Source: Candidatus Micrarchaeia archaeon (lineage in GTDB: Archaea > Micrarchaeota > Micrarchaeia > CABMEP01). Taken from it: a DNA stretch of 64,000 bases. Shown in pieces: positions 19,483 through 29,509 of the stretch. Every line of letters begins with the position of its first letter. Positions within the stretch are counted from its first letter, which is position 1. The stretch covers positions 128,001 through 192,000 of the forward strand of contig JAVZXS010000001.1 of the NCBI GenBank assembly GCA_038886535.1, in the 5' to 3' direction. The notes beneath the pieces are model-generated. The model made no database searches. It worked only from the letters and a program-made list of their open reading frames with translations, and was not told the DNA's origin. The translations under genes and the position numbers were made by a program.

Positions 19483-19799
19483 ACTAAGAATAAAAATAGG
19501 AGACTAAATTAATAGATAAAATTATACAATATTCGTTTTAATTTTTTAATTAAATGATTAATCAATCTAATGATTTAAATCAGTAAAAATTAGAGATTCT
19601 AAAATACGAAAGTTTACATCAGATGAACGATACACAGCTATAATGGTAAACAAGAACTTAGTAAAAAAATAAGAAGCCAGAAGATATGAATCTCTCTTGT
19701 ATATTAGAGAGAATTACAGATTCATTCATATCAATATTCAGTAAGGTTTAAAATTAGAAAAAATATAGAAAAGAATGGTTATTTAATTTTAAAGATCTA

Positions 19800-20012
19800 T
19801 TATCTTTCTTTTATAATGCAAATTCTTCTACTTCCAAGTAGGGGAAACAATAAATTTGTACTTCTCTCACACATAATATCTTCAGTTAATGTACATTTAT
19901 AGTAAAATTCATTTATAACTTTCCCATTTCTTTTAAGTCCTAAAGTATTTATTATTAATTTATTACTAAAGTATGGGCATTTTGTAGGTTGTTTTTTATT
20001 TATGTTGGACAT
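19800..20012 (-). CDS. Small Cys-containing hypothetical protein (70 aa)
   Basis: Strong SD AAGGAGGTGA 5 nt before ATG; four Cys (KCPYF, YKC, MCE, ICI). Confidence 0.6.
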   Translation of the reverse strand: MSNINKKQPTKCPYFSNKLIINTLGLKRNGKVINEFYYKCTLTEDIMCERSTNLLFPLLGSRRICIIKER

Positions 20013-20355
20013 AGCTTTCACCTCCTTATTAATGAATAAGTAAGAATCAATTAATATTTACAATATCTATACATCATATTAAAACAAGCCTTGTATTGGT
20101 TTATAATAATTACTTGGTTTACGTTCTTTATAATAATTTATATTATAATAATATAGTTTAATTTATATTTAAATTTTAATTTATATTCAAATTTACTTTA
20201 TTGGGCTTATAGAAATCTTATGTTCTTTAATAAATGGAAAATAATATAATTCATCCTGCCTCTTGTATATTCTGGCATATAACTTTGCCTATCGGCATTA
20301 TCACCAATAATTTACACTAATAATAATTTAGAGGATTTCTTCAGAGTGATATTGT

Positions 20356-21045
20356 TTAAAGGTTACCAAACAAGGCAGAGAACGTTTCTTCATCCTCTTT
20401 TTCTTTACTTTTTTCTCTGTATTTTTCAAATGCATTTTCTTGATTGTCAATTATTATGTCATTACTAGTGATCTCATTTCCATAATCAGATTGTTCCTTT
20501 CTAAATGGTTCATATATTCCATCCTCTTCTTGAATCAAATTTAGATCCAAAAGCCCAGCGTATATACTTTGGGTCGGTTTTTCTTGAGCATCAACCTGCT
20601 TAATTGAAGGATCGCTAGGTTTATTGCCCACTATATCCGCTGCACTATCCGAATTGAACATATTCATTGGACTGAATTGATTATTAGATTGGTTTTCCTG
20701 CAGAATATTCAATGGCATTGCTTCAGAAAATTCATCATTAGAAATCTGTGACTGAACCTGCAGATCTTGTTGATTTTGGGATATATTTGCTAGGAATTGG
20801 TTTTGATTGGTTAGGCCTATAAAATCAACATTTTGATTTGAGTATTCAGATCGAATTATTGGCTGTATGAATGTTGGATGCTTTCTGAAGAAATTCATCA
20901 ACTCTATTGTTCTTTCCCTTCCGCACGCTTGGCACTTTACCGCCATTCTTATATCGTGGACATCGAAATCTGTTTCGAATTCAAACTTATTGACTGTTCC
21001 GCATTCGCATGTGAATGACTTAGCTATCTTTGAGATTTCTTTCAT
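20356..21045 (-). CDS. Zinc-ribbon protein with long acidic/Gln-rich disordered tail
   Basis: CECG...CQACG then low-complexity N/Q/E-rich region. Confidence 0.7.
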   Translation of the reverse strand: MKEISKIAKSFTCECGTVNKFEFETDFDVHDIRMAVKCQACGRERTIELMNFFRKHPTFIQPIIRSEYSNQNVDFIGLTNQNQFLANISQNQQDLQVQSQISNDEFSEAMPLNILQENQSNNQFSPMNMFNSDSAADIVGNKPSDPSIKQVDAQEKPTQSIYAGLLDLNLIQEEDGIYEPFRKEQSDYGNEITSNDIIIDNQENAFEKYREKSKEKEDEETFSALFGNL

Positions 21046-21256
21046 AATGGTCGCCTTAATTTCTGTGATAGGAGAAAACAGAGTCTATTATAGTGATAGT
21101 TATATGATACACAAAATATAAAAATGTGGGTCTTTAAGATTTAATTGCAATTAAAACCATCAAAACAAAGGTTTTATAATTTCATCTTACTATATATTCT
21201 TATCTTTTTATCTTATATAAACGTAAAGATGGATATGCTCGATTAATGGTGATTGA

Positions 21257-21436
21257 ATGCTTTGTGAAAGATGCAAAAAAGAAGTGCACTATGCTGAATT
21301 AGATCCATTCTGTGGTAGAAAAATATGTCAGGATTGCACAAAGTCCTCGAAAAGACCACAGAAGAATAAACACGTAGTAATCTGCAAGGATTGCTGGGGA
21401 GATATGGAAAAGAGAAGCAAATTCAAGTCAATGTAA
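21257..21436 (+). CDS. Small zinc-finger protein (59 aa), absent from ORF track
   Basis: SD GGTGA; MLCERCKKEVHYAELDPFCGRKICQDCTKSSKRPQKNKHVVICKDCWGDMEKRSKFKSM. Confidence 0.75.
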   Translation: MLCERCKKEVHYAELDPFCGRKICQDCTKSSKRPQKNKHVVICKDCWGDMEKRSKFKSM

Positions 21437-21450
21437 GAATCAATTAATAA

Positions 21451-22320
21451 TTAAATCAATTTTTTTGCCTTTAGAGCACTTTTTTCTTTATCCTTTATTT
21501 CTAACATTATATCAAAATCTAAGTTTTTTGTTTCTTCTATATATCTTTTAAAGTCTTCTATATCTATGTGCTTAGCGTGAGTTCCTATCTTTGCATTTTT
21601 TTCTTGGGAGCTATAATCTGTCATTAATACTCCGTCTTTTTCTTTCCAAGTATCCATTGCAATTTCTATACCTTCTCTTCTTGTTTCACCATTGTTAAGG
21701 CAGAGATGGTGGAAAGAGTCAAAAAGAATAGGAATTTTCGTTTCTTGATGTATAGCAACACAATCCTTTAAAGAGTAATTTCTTTCATCGTTCTCTATAA
21801 CGAGCCTCTTCTTTATTTTATTCGGTAATTTTTTGTAATTTTCAATGAATCTTTGAATAGATTCTTCCTTATTTCCATATACACCTCCGACATGTATCTG
21901 TACTTTTGCAGTACTATCAAGTCCCATCAGGTCAAGCACATCACAATGATAATTCAATTCTCTAATGCTGCTTTCTATTATTCTTTTGTCCTTTGCATTT
22001 ATCAAGACAAATTGATCAGGATGCATTGATATTCTAATGTCATTTTCTTTGATGTATTTTCCTATCTCTTTAAATTCTTTTGAAAAATATTTCTGCCAAT
22101 TAAATTTGCATATCGGATGACTAGCAAAAGGCACAATATCTGAACTTATTCTGAAAAAAAGCAAACCATTTTTTACATTGTATTCTAGTATTTTTTTTAG
22201 ACAAGAAAGATTGTTAGATATTTTTTCCTTCATGTTTTCTTCTGAATAATTTGCAAGCCTAAACGTGGAATTAGCAGTACAACCAATACTGTTGTTTATG
22301 CATGGATAACCTATCTTCAT
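21451..22320 (-). CDS. uvsE: UV damage repair endonuclease UvsE/UVDE
   Basis: IGYPCIN, FFRISSDIVPFASHP, RISMHPDQF, HVGG, RLVIENDE, FDSFHH, DIMLEIKDKE. Confidence 0.92.
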   Translation of the reverse strand: MKIGYPCINNSIGCTANSTFRLANYSEENMKEKISNNLSCLKKILEYNVKNGLLFFRISSDIVPFASHPICKFNWQKYFSKEFKEIGKYIKENDIRISMHPDQFVLINAKDKRIIESSIRELNYHCDVLDLMGLDSTAKVQIHVGGVYGNKEESIQRFIENYKKLPNKIKKRLVIENDERNYSLKDCVAIHQETKIPILFDSFHHLCLNNGETRREGIEIAMDTWKEKDGVLMTDYSSQEKNAKIGTHAKHIDIEDFKRYIEETKNLDFDIMLEIKDKEKSALKAKKLI

Positions 22321-22389
22321 TCAATCACATAATAAAAAAAGTAATGAAAATTATTTTCCTTCATTTCACAGCGCCATTCACGTGCATCT

Positions 22390-25368
22390 TCATTCAATTT
22401 GGGTTATTCCAATTGTTACTTTTTCATCTTCTATGTCCCAGCTCTTTTTCAGTTTTCCACCAGTTCCAATTTTGATTTCCTTTGCATTGATTTCTCCCAG
22501 TATCTGAGTGCTGTGTTCTTTGATAAGTTTTTCCATATCGTCCGATCCCTTGATATATACCTCTATTTTATCTTTCTCAATTAGATTCATTTCTTTCCTC
22601 ATTGATTGAATTCTTCTTCTTACTTCACTCATTATACCTTCAGCTCTTAGCTCTTCATCTATCTTTGTCTTTAGTAATATAACTCCGTAAGGTGAAGGCT
22701 TGATTTGATAATCTTTCATTTTTTCTGCCCCCTCGATTGTTATGTACTTGCTGAAATCAATTTTCTTTTCTCCAATCTCAATCATGCCTTTTAGGAAGGC
22801 GGCTTCGTCTTTAGATTTCAGCTCAATTATCTTTTCTATTGCTTTTTGGTCTAGTTCGTTTTGTATGTCATTCGAAATTGCAAACTTTGTTTTATCGTCA
22901 ATTTTAACATGCTTAAGGTTTGCAAGCATTCTTATTATTTTGTCAACATTCTTTACTACATTTGCAGTTTCTATACTCCTGCTTACTATCACTGCTTCTT
23001 CAAGAGGCCATCTTAGCTTTATGTTTGCGGAAGCCCTCATTGAATTGCAGATTTCAGCTATTTCTTTAGCTATCTCTATTTGATTTTCAAGCTCTTTATC
23101 TATCTTATTTTCTTCTACTTTTGGCCATTTATGGAAGAATATACTTTCTTCTTTCTTGTCTTTTGCATATATTCTTTGGTAAATGGATTCAGCAGTAAAT
23201 GGTATGAATGGACTTGCAATAATCATTGCCTTGAAGAAAGAATCATAAAGACAGGATATGTCCTCTCTTTTCTTTATTAGTTTCATGTAGAATCTGCTTA
23301 CATCTTGGATAAGGAAGCTTCTTATTTTTCTTAACGCAAGGAAGCTCTCTCCTTTCTCCATGTGTTCTGTTACTTCTTTTATTAAAGAATTTGTCTTTGA
23401 TTCCAGCCATAAATCTTCTATCATTGCGCTTTCTTGCCTTTTCTCTATAGGTTTATAAAATCTTTCTATAAATGTAGCCATGTTGTTTATTATCATTAAT
23501 TCATTCTTTGCCTCATTCATTTCATTCCAATTAAACTTGAGGTCATCCCACGTTGTATTGCTGAGCGCCATCAATCTTACTGCATCCGCAGGATATTTTG
23601 ATATTACTTCTTCCCAGGGAACATAGTTTCCTAATGACTTGTGCATTGCGTTTCCTTTTTCATCAACCACATATCCATGCATTATCAGTGATTCGTAAGG
23701 AATTTCATTATTTAAAACCACTCCTGAACCTAGTAATGAGTAGAACCATCCCCTTATCTGATCCTTTCCTTCTATAATCATATCTGAAGGATAGTATTTT
23801 TCTTCTCCATCCCTCAACCCTGCCCAGATTGCATTACCTGAATCAAACCAGACATCTAACACATCCGGCACTCTTTTCATTTTTGATTTGCATTTAGGAC
23901 ATTCAAACTCTATTTCATCTATTTCTGGCCTATGGTAATCCTTGAGATTTTGTCCAAGCTCAGTTGCAGATCCTATCACCTTGAGCTCGTTGCATTCAGG
24001 ATTTTCACATTTCCATATTGGCAATGGTATTCCCCAGTATCTTTGTCTTGATACGCACCAATCTTTTGCATCCTCTACGAAATTACTCATCCACTTTCCT
24101 GCAAAGTCAGGCATCCAGACAACTTTTGCAAGTTCTGACAACATTTTTTCTTTTTCTTCTGTTATCTTAATGAACCACTGCTTTGATGAGAGATGAATGA
24201 GTTTCGTCTTGCATCTCCAGCAGCAAGGATAGCTGTGTTTTATCTTTCCTGCCTGGATTAAGCTTCCCTTTTCTTTCAGAATTTGGATTATCTCGTCATT
24301 AACTTCAAGCACATTCTTTCCTTTAAATATTCCAGCCTCTTCAGTATATCTTCCATCAGATCCTACTGGACAGAAAATCTCAAGTCCATATCTTTTTCCT
24401 ATTATGTAGTCTTCTGGTCCGTGTCCAGGAGCACAATGCACTAACCCACTTCCATCTTCAGTTGTTACGAATTCATCACTCATCACAACAGGCTGTGGGT
24501 TGGTTCTCCCAGTTTCTTCTTTTAAAGGATGCTCATATTTGTAATCTGCAAGCTCTTTTCCACTGAATTCGCGTGTAACAATGAAAGATTCACCAGCGGC
24601 CTCCTCAACTGCCTGAAGTCTGTCCTTTGCGAAGATCCATTCCTCCTCTCCTACCTTTGCTACTACATATTTTATCAAAGGATTTGCCATCACTGCAATA
24701 TTGCTTACCAATGTCCATGGAGTAGTTGTCCATATGACAAGATAGGTGTTTTCTTTTCCAACAACCTTGAATTTTACGAATATCGAAGGATCTACCATGT
24801 CATGATATTCTAATTCATAATTCGCCATGGTTGTTTGACATCTTGGACAGTGAGCATTAACTCTAAGATCATTATAGAGTAGGCCTTTTTCATATGCAGT
24901 TTTGAATGTCTTCCAGCTTTTTTCAATATATTCATTCTTATATGTTATATAAGGATCATCAAAATCCATCCATACTCCAAGCCTTATGAACTGCTCGTTC
25001 ATGAGATTTATGTATCTCTCGCATAATTCCTTACATCTCTTAACAAATTTGTCTATTCCTACCTTGTTTTCTATTTCTTTCTTTTCCTTTATACCTAATT
25101 CCTTTTCAACTTGTGTTTCTATTGGTAATCCATGGGTGTCATATCCTGCTCTAACATAAACATCATAACCTTGTAGCATCTTATATCTGCAGAATGCATC
25201 TTTCAATGCCTTATTCCATGCAGTACCTATGTGTATTCCTCCAGTTGCAAAAGGCGGCCCATCACATAGGTAAAACTTCTTTCCGTTTTTTCTGATTTCC
25301 TTTGCCTTCTTATAAATATTATTCTCATTCCAAAATTCCAATATCTTGCTTTCATTATCAGTTGCCAT
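22390..25368 (-). CDS. ileS: Isoleucyl-tRNA synthetase
   Basis: DGPPFATGGIHIGT, WTTTPWT, DWCVSRQRYWG, EGKDQIRGWF, AMHKSLGN. Confidence 0.95.
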   Translation of the reverse strand: MATDNESKILEFWNENNIYKKAKEIRKNGKKFYLCDGPPFATGGIHIGTAWNKALKDAFCRYKMLQGYDVYVRAGYDTHGLPIETQVEKELGIKEKKEIENKVGIDKFVKRCKELCERYINLMNEQFIRLGVWMDFDDPYITYKNEYIEKSWKTFKTAYEKGLLYNDLRVNAHCPRCQTTMANYELEYHDMVDPSIFVKFKVVGKENTYLVIWTTTPWTLVSNIAVMANPLIKYVVAKVGEEEWIFAKDRLQAVEEAAGESFIVTREFSGKELADYKYEHPLKEETGRTNPQPVVMSDEFVTTEDGSGLVHCAPGHGPEDYIIGKRYGLEIFCPVGSDGRYTEEAGIFKGKNVLEVNDEIIQILKEKGSLIQAGKIKHSYPCCWRCKTKLIHLSSKQWFIKITEEKEKMLSELAKVVWMPDFAGKWMSNFVEDAKDWCVSRQRYWGIPLPIWKCENPECNELKVIGSATELGQNLKDYHRPEIDEIEFECPKCKSKMKRVPDVLDVWFDSGNAIWAGLRDGEEKYYPSDMIIEGKDQIRGWFYSLLGSGVVLNNEIPYESLIMHGYVVDEKGNAMHKSLGNYVPWEEVISKYPADAVRLMALSNTTWDDLKFNWNEMNEAKNELMIINNMATFIERFYKPIEKRQESAMIEDLWLESKTNSLIKEVTEHMEKGESFLALRKIRSFLIQDVSRFYMKLIKKREDISCLYDSFFKAMIIASPFIPFTAESIYQRIYAKDKKEESIFFHKWPKVEENKIDKELENQIEIAKEIAEICNSMRASANIKLRWPLEEAVIVSRSIETANVVKNVDKIIRMLANLKHVKIDDKTKFAISNDIQNELDQKAIEKIIELKSKDEAAFLKGMIEIGEKKIDFSKYITIEGAEKMKDYQIKPSPYGVILLKTKIDEELRAEGIMSEVRRRIQSMRKEMNLIEKDKIEVYIKGSDDMEKLIKEHSTQILGEINAKEIKIGTGGKLKKSWDIEDEKVTIGITQIE

Positions 25369-25382
25369 AAAAATCACTTGTT

Positions 25383-25709
25383 CTATTCCTTGCTTTTAGA
25401 TTTATCTCTTATTAACATAACTAAACCAGGTACTATGAAAAGTATTGCTATTATTGTAATTATAGATAATCCTCTTGTAGCTAATACAGAGATTACTGAA
25501 GCAGCAAGCGCGGGTAGGATGAAGAACAATGGGTTAGATACATATTTCTCTTCTATTAAATAGTTTGCAAAAATTGCGATTGCCAATGAAGACATAACTA
25601 TTAAGCCAATTCCATTCATCCCGAATTCATTGACTGAAAATATGTTTAATAGATATACTCCCAATGCAACCATTATTATTATGTTTAGTGAAAGCAACAT
25701 AAATTTCAT
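25383..25709 (-). CDS. Small four-TM membrane protein
   Basis: Hydrophobic 108-aa ORF directly upstream of ileS. Confidence 0.55.
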   Translation of the reverse strand: MKFMLLSLNIIIMVALGVYLLNIFSVNEFGMNGIGLIVMSSLAIAIFANYLIEEKYVSNPLFFILPALAASVISVLATRGLSIITIIAILFIVPGLVMLIRDKSKSKE

Positions 25710-25872
25710 TTTCTCATCCCTAAAAATATGCCAAGAATTAGCACATTCTAGATTAATTATATGTCCAAAACTTATTTAAGTATTTTTATATTATATATCT
25801 ATTGTGTGGGTTAAAGAGAGCTAAAAAAATATTATTACTTATGGGATTATATCTCTATTATTTCGTGGTTTT

Positions 25873-26844
25873 ATGGAAGAAAAATATATTCCTTGGGTTG
25901 AGTTGTATAGACCTAAAAAGCTTTCTGAGATAGTAGGACAGACAGAGGTAGTTTCAAAGCTTTCAGAGTATGCAAAGACATACAATATGCCTCATCTTTT
26001 ATTTGCTGGCCCAGCAGGCACAGGAAAAACTACATGTGCATTGGCATTAGCACGTGAACTTTATGGAGATGATTACAGGCACAATATTCTTGAACTAAAT
26101 GCAAGCGATGCTAGGGGAATAGATGTAGTTAGAGGTCAGATAAAAGATTTTGCAAGGACAGCTCCAATAAGCGGTGTGCCTTTTAAGATAATATTTCTTG
26201 ATGAGGCTGATGCATTGACACCAGAAGCTCAGCAGGCATTAAGAAGGACCATGGAAATGTATTCATCTACAACACGTTTTATTTTGAGCTGCAACTGGTC
26301 TGGAAAGATCATCGAACCTATACAGAGCAGATGCGCAGTCTTCAGGTTCAAGCCTCTTTCAAAAGAAGAAGTTAAAAAAGCACTTGCTAAGATAGCTGAG
26401 GCTGAAGGATTGAATTTAAGTGACAAGGCTAGTGATGCATTGATTGATGTGTCAGAAGGAGATATGAGAAAGGCGATAAACATTCTTCAATCAATTTCAT
26501 TGACATCAAAAGATATAGATGAGAATTCTGTATATTCTTTCGTTGCAACTGCAAGACCTATGGACATAGGGCGTATGTTAGATTATGCGTTTGCAGGTAA
26601 GTTCAACGAGGCAAGGACAATTCTTTACGATCTTCTTATAAATCATGGAATAAACGGCCAGGACATACTTACAGCAATCCATAAGGATATAATAAATAGA
26701 AAGGCATTGTCTATACAGCAGAAGGTTAAGTTGGTAGACAGAGTTGGAGAATTCGATTTCAGAATAACAGAAGGGGCAAATGAAAGGATACAGCTAGAGG
26801 CTTTACTCGCATACATAGTTGCTTCCTCTTATGAGGAAAATTAA
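25873..26844 (+). CDS. rfcS: Replication factor C small subunit
   Basis: PWVELYRP, GPAGTGKT, ELNASD, DEAD, QSRC, GDMRKA; no intein. Confidence 0.95.
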   Translation: MEEKYIPWVELYRPKKLSEIVGQTEVVSKLSEYAKTYNMPHLLFAGPAGTGKTTCALALARELYGDDYRHNILELNASDARGIDVVRGQIKDFARTAPISGVPFKIIFLDEADALTPEAQQALRRTMEMYSSTTRFILSCNWSGKIIEPIQSRCAVFRFKPLSKEEVKKALAKIAEAEGLNLSDKASDALIDVSEGDMRKAINILQSISLTSKDIDENSVYSFVATARPMDIGRMLDYAFAGKFNEARTILYDLLINHGINGQDILTAIHKDIINRKALSIQQKVKLVDRVGEFDFRITEGANERIQLEALLAYIVASSYEEN

Positions 26845-26920
26845 GCCTAATTAAGTATAGCAAAGAAAAAACACAATCGCAAAATATTTTATCACATGTT
26901 TATTATATGTTTGTGTTTTT

Positions 26921-27478
26921 ATGGCAATGGATGCAATTTCAAGAAAAATGTTTACATTTAGAAGGAATATGGATAAATTCTTGTCCAGCATCATATTTAA
27001 CAAATTTTCTTCGATTGAAAGTTCTAAAAAATCTCAGAGTTCAGAAAAGCAACATTCAAAAAAAGATCTTAATAAAAGAGAATCAAAATACAAAATTTTC
27101 CTAAAAATTCCTTCCGTATCAAGAGAAAACCTTCTAAATATTTCAATAATATTCTCTATAATCGGCATATTATCTCTTTTTGCTCTATCAATGTTTATTT
27201 CTCCAAAAATTGTATCTGTATCTGGAATCAGTTCCATACATGATGGTGCATATGTCAAAGTAGCTGGATTTGTTTTTGATATAAATTCAAACAGCTTTAA
27301 GTTATGTGATTCGCAAGTCAAGAAGAATTCTGAATGTATAAATATCATAGTTTCACAAGGTACGATTCCTATCTTTCTTACAGAAGGCGACTATATCTAT
27401 GCAGTTGGTTCTGTCAAAAGGTTTAACAATAGATCCTATCTTTACGTCCAATCAAAGGATATATCTTTGATAAGATAA
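26921..27478 (+). CDS. Membrane-anchored OB-fold protein
   Basis: Single TM then VKVAGFV...GDYIYAVGSV; start uncertain. Confidence 0.5.
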   Translation: MAMDAISRKMFTFRRNMDKFLSSIIFNKFSSIESSKKSQSSEKQHSKKDLNKRESKYKIFLKIPSVSRENLLNISIIFSIIGILSLFALSMFISPKIVSVSGISSIHDGAYVKVAGFVFDINSNSFKLCDSQVKKNSECINIIVSQGTIPIFLTEGDYIYAVGSVKRFNNRSYLYVQSKDISLIR

Positions 27479-27526
27479 TAGTTCAAATAAATTTGATTCT
27501 ATGAAATATTGATTCTATGTGGTATA

Positions 27527-28720
27527 ATGGATGAATTGGGTTTGATCTCAGCATTTATATTCGGTATTGTTTTAGGTTCGCTAGCAGGACTGATTCCTGG
27601 AATACATCCCAATACAATATCTCAGATGATTTCTAATCTTAATGTACAAGATAATTTTGAATTAGCTGCAATCATAATAATCGCAGCTGCAGTAAACAAC
27701 ATAGTTGCTCTTCTTCCAGCAATATTTCTTTTTATACCTGATTCAGATTCAGTGCTTTCAATACTTCCTGCTCAAAAATTGGTTTTAAATGGAAAAGGAA
27801 GGCTTGCTGTTTTGGTGTGCGCCATTTCTGCGTTCTTGACACTTATCTTTCTTGTATTAATCCTTCCATTGTCTTACATATCTCTTCCTTTGTTATTTCC
27901 TGTTATCAAACCATATCTAGCCTATATCTTGATACTTTTTTCAGTCTTTTTCCTTCTGCAGGAGAAGAAGATAAAAGAGTCATTATTCGTTTTTCTAATT
28001 TCGGGTCTTTTCGGCTATTTGATTCTTTCAACATCAATATCATCTCTTCTTCAGGAATCTTTATTCGCAGTCTTTGTAGGTTTCTTTGCATTAAGCAGCA
28101 TTATATTATCCTTTAATGAAAAATCATTAATTCCAGAGCAGAGAAATGAATCATATAGGGTAGAGATAGGCAAGAGCTTTATAATTATGATTCTTTTCTC
28201 TTCATTAATCGGTGCTGTAGCTGACCTCTTTCCTGCAATAAATTCCCCAGCCCAGTTAGCAACGTTTGTATCTTCTTTTGCAGGTAATCCACTTCTTTTT
28301 CTTTCCTCAACCACTTCCATTACAATTAGCCACTATGCAAATTCTATTGTTGCTTTAGAACGAATAGGCAAAGCAAGAACAGGCACCCTAGTCAATATCA
28401 ACCAACTAATTAGCGATGTCAATACAACATTGCTTATATGGTTCATTGCATTCTATTTTGTTGGAACTATTATAGGGATTCTGCTTTTATTAGGGCTTTC
28501 AGAAATTTTCATTTCTACAATAAACAAGATAGATCAGAAAATGATTAGTTTTTCAGTACTCATTTTCCTTATATTATCGGTATTTCTATTTTCAGGTGTC
28601 TTCGGATTACTTACATGTATTCTTGCAACATTCATTGGGCTATTGCCTCCACTTCTTGGCGTTAGAAGAACGAATCTTATGGCATTCCTTATTATTCCTT
28701 CAATCCTAATACTTCTTTAA
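27527..28720 (+). CDS. TctA-like (tripartite tricarboxylate transporter permease family) membrane protein
   Basis: GLIPGIHPN, LSILP, G.ARTG, GVRRTNLM motifs; many TMs. Confidence 0.75.
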   Translation: MDELGLISAFIFGIVLGSLAGLIPGIHPNTISQMISNLNVQDNFELAAIIIIAAAVNNIVALLPAIFLFIPDSDSVLSILPAQKLVLNGKGRLAVLVCAISAFLTLIFLVLILPLSYISLPLLFPVIKPYLAYILILFSVFFLLQEKKIKESLFVFLISGLFGYLILSTSISSLLQESLFAVFVGFFALSSIILSFNEKSLIPEQRNESYRVEIGKSFIIMILFSSLIGAVADLFPAINSPAQLATFVSSFAGNPLLFLSSTTSITISHYANSIVALERIGKARTGTLVNINQLISDVNTTLLIWFIAFYFVGTIIGILLLLGLSEIFISTINKIDQKMISFSVLIFLILSVFLFSGVFGLLTCILATFIGLLPPLLGVRRTNLMAFLIIPSILILL

Positions 28721-28783
28721 TTGAACAGCGAGTGCAATCTTAAATTGAAAACTAATTTAAATCTGTCTCTATATAATTAGTTT

Positions 28784-29464
28784 ATGGCAGAAGAAGAGTA
28801 TCCTAGCGCACCAAAGAGAGAGATAGACTTAGGAAAAGGAGTAGTAATACTTCCTCCTGAAAGGATAGTTTCACCAAAGAAACCGGAAAAACCAAAAGAG
28901 GAAAGAAAAGAAGAACAGAAAATGGAGCAGAAGATCAGCAACTCTGTTCAACCTAAAGAAATGCAGATAAATAGCGTTCTATTCGTCATCGTAAGTATAG
29001 TAGCATTAGTATCTCTTGTTCTTAGTATAATCACAATGATGTCAATTGCATCACTGAAATCTGAACTTAGAGCAATATCATCTGATCTTAAGGAATTCAG
29101 TAGATCAACAATTGAGCTTAATACACAATTTGATCAACCGCATTCCTTGCAATCATCAGTTCCATTAAATCAGGTGCTTTCACCATTTTCAATTCCTATT
29201 CCATCTCAAGAGATAGAAACTAAAGGTACGATAAATGTTGTATTGCCAGTTTATGGTCTTCCAGTTTCAATTCCATGGGAAGGAAAGTTAACTGTATTCG
29301 GAAGCATCACAACAAATACTTCTGCAATTCCACAAAGCGAAACATTGAAAATAAATTATACTCTACCAAGCAGTGGAACAGTTAGGATGAAAATATCAGC
29401 CTCTGAACTATTCCAAGGTAAACTGAATTCAATAATCGAAAGGCTAGACAATTTATCAAAATAA
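28784..29464 (+). CDS. Single-pass membrane hypothetical protein
   Basis: Charged N-terminus, one TM, coiled coil then beta-rich domain. Confidence 0.6.
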   Translation: MAEEEYPSAPKREIDLGKGVVILPPERIVSPKKPEKPKEERKEEQKMEQKISNSVQPKEMQINSVLFVIVSIVALVSLVLSIITMMSIASLKSELRAISSDLKEFSRSTIELNTQFDQPHSLQSSVPLNQVLSPFSIPIPSQEIETKGTINVVLPVYGLPVSIPWEGKLTVFGSITTNTSAIPQSETLKINYTLPSSGTVRMKISASELFQGKLNSIIERLDNLSK

Positions 29465-29509
29465 TTTCTGCTATTACTAGCAGATAGTATACTAAGCAAT
29501 TAAAGTGGT

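Noticed and set aside
19597..19628. TTCTAAAAT...AGATGAAC resembling a further degenerate CRISPR repeat
   Set aside because: Only the ends match, the length is off, and the following sequence has no convincing target in the window
20190..20310. Minus-strand GGTGA + ATG micro-ORF (MPIGKVICQNIQEAG*), possibly a frameshifted remnant
   Set aside because: 15 codons and no recognisable family; cannot be supported without a search
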